Positions 8,977-17,989 of a stretch of DNA of 23,386 nucleotides are shown in pieces. The position numbers and the translations under genes were made by a program. Under the pieces are notes generated by a model. That model was not told where the DNA came from. It saw only the letters and a program-made list of their open reading frames with translations, and made no database searches. The first letter of the stretch is position 1; the number at the start of each line of letters is the position of its first letter. Source of the DNA: a bacterium (GTDB taxonomy: Bacteria > Hydrothermota > 32-111); assembly GCA_046484245.1 (NCBI GenBank), contig JAWOBN010000030.1, forward strand, positions 1 through 23,386, read 5' to 3'.

Positions 8977-9808
8977 ATTAAGAAAAGAAATTGAGTCCGA
9001 ACTGGATTCAATTGAAAAGAAAATTGAATCCGGTGATTATGATTATGATGAACTGAAAGAGCAGTTGAAGGATTATTATTCCCGTCTGCTCAAGATAAAT
9101 AATTTTGTAAAATATTCAAATAACAGAATTAAGAAGATGGCACAGAAGATGAAGAGCAGAGGCAGCTCGGGACTCGGCTCATTTGTCCAGTCAATGCGTA
9201 TTGCCCCTGTTGATCTCACCACATTCATTGACAAGGGCTGGAATTTCATGGTTGAGGAACAATATGATGATGCTATTGAGGTGCTGGAGAAAGCCCATGA
9301 GCTGGCTCCCAATGATATAAAGACAATGAATCTGCTCGGCTGGGCATATATTCACAAGAAGCATTATGATGATGCAATGATGATATTTCAAAAGGTTCTC
9401 AACAAGGATAATGACAATGCGCTTGCCAAGAACAATCTGGGATTTGTCTGTTTCAAGAAGGGCATATACGGTGAAGCAATTGAGCATCTTTCCAGTGTCC
9501 TGAAAACATCCACTGAACAGATGTCTCTGATATATGCGAATTTCTATCTCGGGCTTATATACCTTGAAAGGGAAATGTATGATGACGCGCTGAAATTCTT
9601 CCAGAAGACAAAAGAGATTGCACCGAATCATCTGGAGGCATACTATTATGAAGCTCTCACATATCTCAATATGGGTTTCAGGCATAAAGCCCATGTGCTT
9701 TTCAGTGAACTTATAAAGAAGAATAAATACAATAAATGGGCTCAGAGGGCAGAGGAAAAAATAAAGGAATTAAATGGAGAAGATTATGAAGAAGAAAATA
9801 AGTCTTGA
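8963..9808 (+). CDS. Coiled-coil + TPR repeat protein
   Basis: Helical N-terminus followed by ~34-aa repeats (NLLGWAY..YDDA, NNLGFVC..YGEA, FYLGLIY..YDDA). Confidence 0.85.
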   Translation: MHWDELRKEIESELDSIEKKIESGDYDYDELKEQLKDYYSRLLKINNFVKYSNNRIKKMAQKMKSRGSSGLGSFVQSMRIAPVDLTTFIDKGWNFMVEEQYDDAIEVLEKAHELAPNDIKTMNLLGWAYIHKKHYDDAMMIFQKVLNKDNDNALAKNNLGFVCFKKGIYGEAIEHLSSVLKTSTEQMSLIYANFYLGLIYLEREMYDDALKFFQKTKEIAPNHLEAYYYEALTYLNMGFRHKAHVLFSELIKKNKYNKWAQRAEEKIKELNGEDYEEENKS

Positions 9809-10547
9809 CAGTATCATAAAGAAAAAGGGTGACAAGAAAGGGAAGAAAAAGAAAAAGGAGAAGAAGACAGCCCGCAAGCCGGAGGCAAAGGGGAATCAGA
9901 CCGGAAAGAAAACGAAGAGCGCCAAAAGCAGGAAGAGCAATGCAGAGAATAAGAAGAAGAACACCCGGAGCAATGCCCCGGAGAAAGGAAAACAGGAGAC
10001 AGAAAGACAGGTCAGTGTTAAGCCGGTCAAACAGAAGGAAGAAGAGTTCATCATCAAGTCTGACAGTGATGTTCAGCAGATGGAGGAGACCAAGGAGTTT
10101 GTGGGTTTCCGTCTCGGCAATGAGGAATTCGGTATTGACAGTGATTATGTCAAACAGATAATCAAGTACAAGAAACCCATAGATATGGGTATTAAGAGTG
10201 ATATTATTATCGGTGTGATCAATACAAAGGACGGAGTGCTTCCGGTGGTTGACCTGAGGCAGAGAATGAATCTGCCTTCCGACGAGTTTGCAAACGGGTC
10301 AATTATAATAATTGAATACAGCAGTGTCAGAATAGGCATATATGTCAATTATCTGCTCGGTATTGTGAGGATTGAAAAGGAAAGGGTGAGGCCTGTACCG
10401 CCTTTTCTCCCGGAGGAGCAGATGAGTTATATTCTCGGTGCGGGATTAAAGGAGAATGACAAGATAATATCAATCCTTGATCACAATTCACTCTTCTCTG
10501 AAGAAGATATGACGGAAATCAGGTCAGTGCCGGAAAAATATAAATGA
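9774..10547 (+). CDS. cheW: CheW adaptor with long Lys-rich N-terminal extension
   Basis: FVGFRLGNEEFGID, IIGVIN..DGVLPVVDLRQR, VRPVPP. The first ~90 aa are basic and low complexity. Start may be ATG 9786. Confidence 0.88.
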   Translation: MEKIMKKKISLDSIIKKKGDKKGKKKKKEKKTARKPEAKGNQTGKKTKSAKSRKSNAENKKKNTRSNAPEKGKQETERQVSVKPVKQKEEEFIIKSDSDVQQMEETKEFVGFRLGNEEFGIDSDYVKQIIKYKKPIDMGIKSDIIIGVINTKDGVLPVVDLRQRMNLPSDEFANGSIIIIEYSSVRIGIYVNYLLGIVRIEKERVRPVPPFLPEEQMSYILGAGLKENDKIISILDHNSLFSEEDMTEIRSVPEKYK

Positions 10548-10993
10548 TAAAATTAATAAACACTGTCATTGCATCAGTATTTTACACAGGATTCATAAAG
10601 AAAGGGGGCGGCACTGTGTCTGCACTGATTGTATGCCTGGTCTTCTTTTTTACAGAAAGTATTCTTGCAAGAATATATCTCACATATGCATTCATTGTAC
10701 TGGGCACAGCCGCATCATACTATCTTGAAGATATATGGGAGCATGACTCACCGAGAATAGTTATTGACGAGGCAGCCGGCATGGCTCTGGCATTATTCCT
10801 CTTGCCTGCCAGTTTACTTGCTTATACAGGCGCATTCATACTGTTCAGGCTCTTTGATATATTCAAGTGGTTCCCGGTGAACAGATCAGAGACAATACCC
10901 GGCTCAACAGGTGTGATGCTTGATGACATTGTTGCCGGATTAATAAGTAATATAATCATACATTCCGCATTATGGACAGTAAGAATCTTGTAA
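10544..10993 (+). CDS. pgpA: Phosphatidylglycerophosphatase A
   Basis: HDSPRIVIDEAAG, FRLFDIFKWFP, GVMLDDIVAG; usual position before cinA. Confidence 0.93.
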   Translation: MIKLINTVIASVFYTGFIKKGGGTVSALIVCLVFFFTESILARIYLTYAFIVLGTAASYYLEDIWEHDSPRIVIDEAAGMALALFLLPASLLAYTGAFILFRLFDIFKWFPVNRSETIPGSTGVMLDDIVAGLISNIIIHSALWTVRIL

Positions 10994-12156
10994 TCATTTC
11001 AATCGGTGATGAAATCCTTTCAGGCAGGACAGTCAATACCAATGCCTCTTATTTGAGCAGAATATTCGCTTCCGCAGGCATAAAGACCCTCAGACACATT
11101 GCAGCAGGAGACAGAAAAGAGGATATTGCCGATACTGTTACCCATTGCATGAAAGCAGCTGATATTATTATTATCACAGGCGGCATCGGACCTACTGATG
11201 ATGACATTACAATTGAATCTGTGGCAGATGCTCTGGGGCAGAATCTCACAGTAAACGGCACATTGAAGGATCAGTTTGCAGAAAGGCTCTCTGATGACCG
11301 GATTGCAGTGAAGCTTGCAACAGTGATGGATAATGCGGAACTCCTTGATAATGGCGAAGGACTGGCTTACGGGCAGTATGTCCGCATCTCAGAGACTGAT
11401 ATCTTCATTCTGCCGGGTGTTCCCGAAGAGGTGAGGGATATAACCGAAAACCGTATTATCACAAAATACGAGTCAACAGGACACAGTACCGGATACCTCA
11501 GGACATCAGGCATATATGAAAGTGAAATACTCAAAGAATTGAGGCAGAAAGCCGGCAGTGCTCTGGCTGAACGGACTGCCCTGCTGCCTTTTGCAGGCGG
11601 AGTTGATATTGTTCTCTATGAGCCGTCAGAAGGGGATTACTCCCGGCTGCAGGATATATTCAGCGAATATATCTATTCAAGGACTATGGATGAGTCATTG
11701 TCCGAAAGAGTAGGGGCAATACTCAAAGAAAGGGAACTGACTCTGTCATCAGCAGAATCATGCACAGCAGGCCTGGTCTCCAAACTCATTACTGATACTC
11801 CCGGTTCAAGCCGGTATTTCAGGGGCGGTATTGCTGCTTACAGTAATGATGTAAAATCATCAGTACTTGATGTTGACGGGGAAATACTCAATAGACACGG
11901 TGCTGTGAGCAGACAGGCGGCAGAGGCAATGGCTCTGGGCATAAGAGAATTAATGAGATCGGATATAGGCATATCTGTCACAGGCATAGCCGGACCGGGG
12001 GGCGGAACAGAGAGCAAACCCCGAGGACTGGTTCATATGGCTGTTGCATTCAATGAAATGACAAGTTATCAGTATAAATTCAACGGGAGCCGCAGTTCAA
12101 ACAGAAACTTCAGTGCTTATTATCTGTTATTCAATCTCTACAGGAGGCTGAGATGA
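10972..12156 (+). CDS. cinA: CinA-like competence/damage-inducible protein with C-terminal NMN deamidase (PncC) domain
   Basis: IGDEILSGRTVNTN, TGGIGPTDDD, LPGVP, AESCTAG, SVTGIAGPGGG. Confidence 0.94.
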   Translation: MDSKNLVIISIGDEILSGRTVNTNASYLSRIFASAGIKTLRHIAAGDRKEDIADTVTHCMKAADIIIITGGIGPTDDDITIESVADALGQNLTVNGTLKDQFAERLSDDRIAVKLATVMDNAELLDNGEGLAYGQYVRISETDIFILPGVPEEVRDITENRIITKYESTGHSTGYLRTSGIYESEILKELRQKAGSALAERTALLPFAGGVDIVLYEPSEGDYSRLQDIFSEYIYSRTMDESLSERVGAILKERELTLSSAESCTAGLVSKLITDTPGSSRYFRGGIAAYSNDVKSSVLDVDGEILNRHGAVSRQAAEAMALGIRELMRSDIGISVTGIAGPGGGTESKPRGLVHMAVAFNEMTSYQYKFNGSRSSNRNFSAYYLLFNLYRRLR

Positions 12157-12716
12157 GCAAAAGATTGTTTATTGCCTTTGAATTACCTGCTGACTTAAAG
12201 AGCAGAATGAGAATTCTTCAGGAGAAGATAATGAAAGAAACACGTGCAGAAGGAGTACGGTGGGTCAGTCCCGAGAACATGCATATCACAGCTGCATTCC
12301 TCGGTCAGGTAAAACCGGGTAATATTCCAAAGATAAAAGATGCAATGAGCAGTATGGATTTCAGTCCTGTTGATATAACCCTTTCACGTCCCGGTTTCTT
12401 CATGAAACGGGGAATTCCCGCAATACTGTATATGGATGTTCAGAATGCAGATGAATTGGAGTCAAGGAGCATTGATCTGAGATCGCATCTTGCTGACAGT
12501 GCAGTGCATTTTGACAGGAAGCCCTTCAGAGCCCACATAACAATAGCAAGGCTAAAAAAATCCTCTGCTGCCCGGGAAGTGCATCAATATGTGGTGAATA
12601 AACTTGACAAAACAGAGGGCGGGCAATATACTATTAAAAGGATGGTTTTATACGAATCCGCATTGACGAAAAACGGTTCAATTTACACAGAAATATATTC
12701 AAATGGGGAGTTATAA
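12153..12716 (+). CDS. thpR: RNA 2',3'-cyclic phosphodiesterase (2H family)
   Basis: RLFIA N-terminus, two HxT motifs (MHIT, AHIT), LYES..G..Y C-terminus; lies between cinA and recA. Confidence 0.92.
   Translation: MSKRLFIAFELPADLKSRMRILQEKIMKETRAEGVRWVSPENMHITAAFLGQVKPGNIPKIKDAMSSMDFSPVDITLSRPGFFMKRGIPAILYMDVQNADELESRSIDLRSHLADSAVHFDRKPFRAHITIARLKKSSAAREVHQYVVNKLDKTEGGQYTIKRMVLYESALTKNGSIYTEIYSNGEL
12604..12632 (+). promoter_or_regulatory. Sigma70-type promoter for recA, inside thpR
   Basis: TTGACA (12604-12609), 17-nt spacer, TATACT (12627-12632); 84 nt upstream of the recA ATG. Confidence 0.7.
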
Positions 12717-13784
12717 ATGGATAACAAACAAAAATCTCTTGACAGGGCATTAAAACAGATTGAAAAACAGTATGGAAAGGGCGCTGTTATGCGTCTCGGT
12801 GAAAATTCGGCAGTAGCTGCAGATGTTATATCAAGCGGGTCACTCTCAATTGACGCAGCACTGGGTATCGGCGGATACCCCAGGGGCAGGGTTGTTGAGA
12901 TCTACGGTGCCGAATCATCAGGCAAGACAACACTGGGTCTTCAGGCAATAGCGGAAGCCCAGAAAGCAGGCGGCATTGCCGCATTTATTGATGCTGAACA
13001 TGCATTGGATTCAACATATGCAAAGAAACTCGGTGTGGATATTGAAAACCTCTATGTGGCTCAGCCGGATGCAGGTGAGCAGGCACTGGAGATAACAGAG
13101 ATGCTTGTAAGAAGCGGCAGTGTGGATATTGTGGTTGTGGACTCTGTTGCAGCCCTTGTACCAAAGGCAGAGATTGAAGGCGAGATGGGCGACTCACACA
13201 TGGGCCTGCAGGCGCGCCTCATGTCCCAGGCACTGAGGAAACTCACTGCAGTGATAAGCAGATCCAAGACATGTGTTGTATTCATCAACCAGGTGAGATA
13301 TAAAATTGGCATTATGTTCGGCAATCCCATGACAACACCGGGCGGTCTTGCGCTGAAATTCCACTCATCCGTGAGAATACAGATAAGAAGGGTCACTTCA
13401 ATCAAATCAGGTGAAGACAATATAGGCAATATGGTGGAGATCAAGGTAGTGAAGAATAAATTGGCTCCCCCATTCAAGAAAGCCCAGGTCGGCATTTACT
13501 TTGGTGAAGGCATATCCAAACCGGGTGAAGTGGTGGATCTCGGTGTAGAGATGGATATTATTGACAAAGCCGGGGCATGGTATTCATACGGTGATGAGAG
13601 GCTCGGCCAGGGCAGGGAAAATGCCCGAGTATATCTCAAGGAGAATCCCGAACTGATGGCGGATATTGAAGACAAGATAAAGAAGGCAATGGGCATAGGT
13701 GTTGAAGAAGAGATTGAAGAAGACAGTGAAGAAGAGAATAGTGAAGATAACGAAAGTAAAGAAAGCAAAGAAACGAAAGAATAG
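12717..13784 (+). CDS. recA: Recombinase RecA
   Basis: [57 protein letters not shown]; acidic tail. Confidence 0.99.
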   Translation: MDNKQKSLDRALKQIEKQYGKGAVMRLGENSAVAADVISSGSLSIDAALGIGGYPRGRVVEIYGAESSGKTTLGLQAIAEAQKAGGIAAFIDAEHALDSTYAKKLGVDIENLYVAQPDAGEQALEITEMLVRSGSVDIVVVDSVAALVPKAEIEGEMGDSHMGLQARLMSQALRKLTAVISRSKTCVVFINQVRYKIGIMFGNPMTTPGGLALKFHSSVRIQIRRVTSIKSGEDNIGNMVEIKVVKNKLAPPFKKAQVGIYFGEGISKPGEVVDLGVEMDIIDKAGAWYSYGDERLGQGRENARVYLKENPELMADIEDKIKKAMGIGVEEEIEEDSEEENSEDNESKESKETKE

Positions 13785-14352
13785 ATATCATATCTATATA
13801 GATGAAGAATATAAATTCTCCTGCAGCGGGGAATTCCTTGCAGAGAAGAGACTGCTCAAGGACAGTGAAATAAGCAGAGAGGAACTGGAAGTGCTTCTCA
13901 ATGATCTCTACTGGGATGATACAAGGGATTATCTTGTAAGTATTATTGCCGGGAAGGATTATACTGAAAGGGAATTGCGGACAAAACTCATAGAGAGAAA
14001 GACACCCGGTGATATTATTGACAGGGCAATGGATTATCTCAAAGAGAGGCAGTTTATTGATGAGAGGAGATTCCTCTCAGATTATCTGTCATATCTCACA
14101 AAGAAGGGCAAATACTCCCGCCGTGAGATAGAACAGAAGGTCTTGAAAAAAGGTTTTTCAAAGGATGTAATGGAGAATATTAAATCACTGCTTGCTGATT
14201 ACAAGAGCAGCGCAGTTATTGAGAATCTCATGGAAAAACAGGTCAAGAGAAACAGAGAAAAAGAGAAGATCTTTTCATATCTCCTGAGAAAGGGGTTTGA
14301 TTATGAAGAGATCAAGAAGGTATGGAAACAATTAAATAAGGAGAAAAAATGA
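13741..14352 (+). CDS. recX: Regulatory protein RecX
   Basis: Follows rec[19 protein letters not shown]-terminus, [33 protein letters not shown] start at 13741 chosen by family resemblance. Confidence 0.88.
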   Translation: MKITKVKKAKKRKNRYHIYIDEEYKFSCSGEFLAEKRLLKDSEISREELEVLLNDLYWDDTRDYLVSIIAGKDYTERELRTKLIERKTPGDIIDRAMDYLKERQFIDERRFLSDYLSYLTKKGKYSRREIEQKVLKKGFSKDVMENIKSLLADYKSSAVIENLMEKQVKRNREKEKIFSYLLRKGFDYEEIKKVWKQLNKEKK

Positions 14353-15260
14353 TTCCTTTTATTATTTTACTCATAGTAGCGGGCGTGATACTCTATATGA
14401 GATACGCACCGCAGATCAATATGAAAATGAAGAAAGGCACAATGATAAGCATTGTCATTGCAGTGCTTGTTATTGCCCTGATTATCAGTGCAGTGAGAAT
14501 AGTGCCCCCCGGTTTTGTAGGTGTGCAGATACTCCTGGGCAAGGTGCAGGGCAGAATACTCTCAAGCGGTATTCATCTTGTTGTCCCCCTTGTAACAGTG
14601 GAGCAGATGTCCATAAGGACACAGGACTACACAATGTCATCCACAAGGGCTGAGGGTAAGATGAAAGGCGATGATGCCATATCAGCATTGACATCAGACG
14701 GCTTGTCAATAAACCTTGATCTTACCATATGGTATAAACTGGACAAGGCAAAGGCAGGAGAGGTCTTTGAGGAAATAGGCCCCAATTATATTGAAAAGAT
14801 TGTAAGACCCTCAATCAGGACAGCAATAAGGGATGCTGCAGTCAATTACAATGTAACAGAAATATACTCTACCAAGCGTGCAGTGCTTACTGATGAGATA
14901 TATGCCCTGATGTTTGACAAGCTCAATGAAAAGGGCGTTATAATTGACAGGGTGCTTCTCAGGAAGATTGAACTGCCGCTTAAGGTGAGGAATGCCATAG
15001 ATGAGAAGATAGCAGCAGAACAGGATGCCCAGAAAATGGTCTATGTACTGCAGAAAGAGGAGAAAGAGAAAGAGAGAAAACTCATTGAGGCAGAGGGTAT
15101 TGCCAATGCAAACAGGATGATAAGGCAGTCACTCTCAGCTCAGTATCTCCAGTGGTACTATATTCAGAACCTGAAGGATGTACTCAAATCCAATGGCACG
15201 AGAACAGTCATACTCCCGTTTGACCAGAATCTCACACCACTGCTGGATGTAAGTAAATAG
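14349..15260 (+). CDS. SPFH/prohibitin family membrane protein
   Basis: Two N-terminal TM helices, IVPPGFVGV, GIHLVVP, LTSDGLSINLD, IVRPSIR, AIDEKIAAEQ coiled coil. Confidence 0.92.
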   Translation: MIPFIILLIVAGVILYMRYAPQINMKMKKGTMISIVIAVLVIALIISAVRIVPPGFVGVQILLGKVQGRILSSGIHLVVPLVTVEQMSIRTQDYTMSSTRAEGKMKGDDAISALTSDGLSINLDLTIWYKLDKAKAGEVFEEIGPNYIEKIVRPSIRTAIRDAAVNYNVTEIYSTKRAVLTDEIYALMFDKLNEKGVIIDRVLLRKIELPLKVRNAIDEKIAAEQDAQKMVYVLQKEEKEKERKLIEAEGIANANRMIRQSLSAQYLQWYYIQNLKDVLKSNGTRTVILPFDQNLTPLLDVSK

Positions 15261-15266
15261 TACAGT

Positions 15267-16472
15267 ATGGAAATAGTGAAAATAGCACTGCTCATACTGC
15301 TCATGATTCTCCTCATAAGGAAGAACATGGCAATAGGGGTAGTGCTTATTTTCTCTGCAATGATTGTCGGTTTTATGTTCGCAGAGAGAATTATAGATCT
15401 CCCGCTCTTCTTCTACAGGTCAATGACATCATATATATTCTTCCGCATACTGGCAATCATATATTCGGTATTCCTTATTGCCTCTGTACTCAGAGCCGGA
15501 GATATCAATAAGATGCTTGAGGGTATAGTGAATCTTGTGCCGAAGCTCAAGATTGCAATGATCATACCGCCCATGACCATAGGGCTCCTCCCAATGCCCG
15601 GCGGGGCAATGCTCCCTGCACCCATTGTCGGTTCAATCGGCAACAAGCTCAATATGAAACCGGAGCATAAGGTTTATGTCAATTTCTGGTTCAGGCATGT
15701 ATGGGAATACGCCTGGCCTCTATATCCCGGACTCATACTCACAGTGTCAATACTCAAAATAGAGATGAAGACCATTGTCATGAGCCAGTTCTATCTCTCT
15801 ATTATTGCCATTGCAGCAGGTCTTGTCTTTCTCTTTACAGTAATAGAGGGCAGGAATCAGACTCGGGAGATGCATCCTGCAAAGGCGCTTTTAAGATTTG
15901 TAAGCGGCATATGGCCCATACTTATTATCATTATTCTTATTCTTGCCACATCAATACCTGTTGAATTCATTGTGCTTGCAATAGCTTTCCTCTACTGGCT
16001 GATGGCAAGGATACAGTGGATGAAGAAACTAAAAATGTTGTACAATTGCATAACAATTGAGACAATACTCCTTGTAGTGGGACTGGTGCTCTTCAAGGAT
16101 TTTCTCCAGTACTCCAATGCACTGGAGCAGTTTGTTGCAGCATTCCCTGCATCTGACTTCCTTCCGCTACTATTGATAATCATGCTCCCCCTCATTGTCG
16201 GATTTCTCACAGGCATAAACCAGGGCTATGTGGCTATTGCACTGCCTGTCCTTGTTCCCTTTCTCCATACAGCCGGAAGTGTTGACATGCTCAAGGTCGC
16301 TGTATTCTATGCATCGGGTTTTGCAGGCATACTGCTCTCGCCTGCGCATCTCTGCCTCTCCCTTACAAAGGAGTATTTCAGGGCTGATTTCAACAAGGTT
16401 TACAAATACCTCATTCCTTCAACAATACCGATATTCATTATCCCCATTATCATTTATCTGCTGAGGAGATAG
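15267..16472 (+). CDS. DUF401 family membrane protein (putative transporter)
   Basis: Polytopic; GLLPMPGGA, NFWFRHVWEYAWPLYPG, LSPAHLCL...EYF. Confidence 0.85.
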   Translation: MEIVKIALLILLMILLIRKNMAIGVVLIFSAMIVGFMFAERIIDLPLFFYRSMTSYIFFRILAIIYSVFLIASVLRAGDINKMLEGIVNLVPKLKIAMIIPPMTIGLLPMPGGAMLPAPIVGSIGNKLNMKPEHKVYVNFWFRHVWEYAWPLYPGLILTVSILKIEMKTIVMSQFYLSIIAIAAGLVFLFTVIEGRNQTREMHPAKALLRFVSGIWPILIIIILILATSIPVEFIVLAIAFLYWLMARIQWMKKLKMLYNCITIETILLVVGLVLFKDFLQYSNALEQFVAAFPASDFLPLLLIIMLPLIVGFLTGINQGYVAIALPVLVPFLHTAGSVDMLKVAVFYASGFAGILLSPAHLCLSLTKEYFRADFNKVYKYLIPSTIPIFIIPIIIYLLRR

Positions 16473-16473
16473 T

Positions 16474-17124
16474 ATGTTTTATCTGCCATTACCCATAATA
16501 CTCTTTGTCCTGCTTATACTCGCACTGCCCCTTATCATAATCCTGATACAGCTCAATATTGTGGAGATTGCATTTGCCAATCTGGGACTGTCTGCAGGCA
16601 ATTCCTTTGCTCTGCTTATTGTTATTCTCATAGGCAGTCTCATCAATATACCCCTCTTCAGAAGAAAAGCGCAGAGGGAGTATATTGATTATTCCTCACT
16701 GCTTCCCATGATGAATGCAAGGAAGAACAGCACTGTCATTGCAGTGAATGTGGGCGGATGCATTATACCTGTCCTTCTCTCACTGCGCCTCCTCCCCACA
16801 GTACCGTTTGAACGCCTTATTGTCGGTGTTCTCATTGTATCAATCATATCGTATTTCTCATCACGGCCCGTGAAACACACAGGCATAGCAGTATCATTCA
16901 TACTGCCGCTGATATTCACCATAGTAACAACACTGCTCCTGGCGCCACCCGCGGCGCGCCCGGCTTTTGCATTCATAGCAGGCACATGGGGTATAATCAT
17001 AGGAGCAGACCTGATGCATATCAAGGATCTGGACAAAATAGGGGCAGGTGTTCTGTCAATAGGCGGAGCAGGTGTATTTGACTCTATCTTCATCATAGGC
17101 ATACTCGCAGCTTTTCTCTTTTAG
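16474..17124 (+). CDS. DUF1614 family membrane protein
   Basis: GSLINIP, IAVNVGGCIIP, IGADL, SIGGAGVFDSIF. Confidence 0.85.
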   Translation: MFYLPLPIILFVLLILALPLIIILIQLNIVEIAFANLGLSAGNSFALLIVILIGSLINIPLFRRKAQREYIDYSSLLPMMNARKNSTVIAVNVGGCIIPVLLSLRLLPTVPFERLIVGVLIVSIISYFSSRPVKHTGIAVSFILPLIFTIVTTLLLAPPAARPAFAFIAGTWGIIIGADLMHIKDLDKIGAGVLSIGGAGVFDSIFIIGILAAFLF

Positions 17125-17148
17125 ATATTCTTGCAATATCATACCGTC

Positions 17149-17345
17149 TTTCCTCATAAGAAAAAGTCACTGAATATAATTATTATGTAATGTTTGATTT
17201 CTTAATAAAAAAGCATTGAGCATAGTGATTGATGTAATGACAGTGAGGCTTACACATTCTCATCAGCACCGAATTATCGGTTATACACGGGTTGGCAAAG
17301 GTGCTTTCTGAGAACTGTCCTCGCCTCATATCTTTTATGAGGAAA
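17149..17345. other. Structured intergenic element bounded by an 11-bp inverted repeat (possible ncRNA or miniature element)
   Basis: TTTCCTCATAA (17149-17159) / TTATGAGGAAA (17335-17345); nested stems TGAGGC/GCCTCA, TTCTCA/TGAGAA and AGCACC/GGTGCT. Confidence 0.4.
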
Positions 17346-17389
17346 CATATGTCTTTCAAGTACTTTAATTTTGAGGAATAACGTCATAC

Positions 17390-17417
17390 TTGATTAAAAT
17401 GATTTTGCGCATATAAT
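17390..17417 (+). promoter_or_regulatory. Putative sigma70 promoter for the lipoprotein gene (near-leaderless)
   Basis: TTGATT (17390-17395), 16-nt spacer, TATAAT (17412-17417); ATG at 17426; no SD. Confidence 0.5.
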
Positions 17418-17425
17418 TATACTGT

Positions 17426-17989
17426 ATGAGAAAAATTATTATCATTGCCGTATTTATTGTCATAATATCTGCAGGATGCACGGATATAAAGAAGGAGTAC
17501 AGTGAAGATGTCTCACTGCTTCTTGAGGAATTCAACAGGCAGATAAACATAATGTCCAATGAATATATACGTATGATTGAATCGGGGGATGCAGATACTG
17601 ATTTAGGTAATGTGCAGAAGATACTCTATGATATCAAACTGGACCTGCTATCATTAAAACAGCCGCAGGATGAGGAGTACAGGAATTTCACCAGTAAATT
17701 CCTCACCACAATAGAGAGCTTTGAGTTGCTCAACTATAAGATATCCAATTATGCTTCACTGTACAGGGAGAGGCAGGATATAGGGCAGGACGGTATCAAG
17801 GGATTCTCGCGCAAGGACAAGATCATCAAGGAGAAGATGTCTGTAACAGACAATCTCATTGAAATACAGAGAGAGGATATACGCTCCACTGCGAGTAAAT
17901 GCAAATACAATCTCACAGACCTTGCAGGCAGTGCTGTGCGTATGCTGGATGTAAAGCTGGAATTTCCCGAATTCCTCATTTCCCTTTAA
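17426..17989 (+). CDS. Hypothetical helical lipoprotein
   Basis: MRK + hydrophobic stretch + lipobox ISAG-C (Cys18); 3' end overlaps convergent rlmN by 14 nt. Confidence 0.8.
   Translation: MRKIIIIAVFIVIISAGCTDIKKEYSEDVSLLLEEFNRQINIMSNEYIRMIESGDADTDLGNVQKILYDIKLDLLSLKQPQDEEYRNFTSKFLTTIESFELLNYKISNYASLYRERQDIGQDGIKGFSRKDKIIKEKMSVTDNLIEIQREDIRSTASKCKYNLTDLAGSAVRMLDVKLEFPEFLISL

Noticed and set aside
17149..17345. 6S RNA or SAM-I riboswitch
   Set aside because: Length fits 6S but the pairing is strongly asymmetric; TTCTCATC...TGAGAA resembles SAM-I P1 but the conserved core (AGAG, GCAACC, kink-turn P2) is missing.
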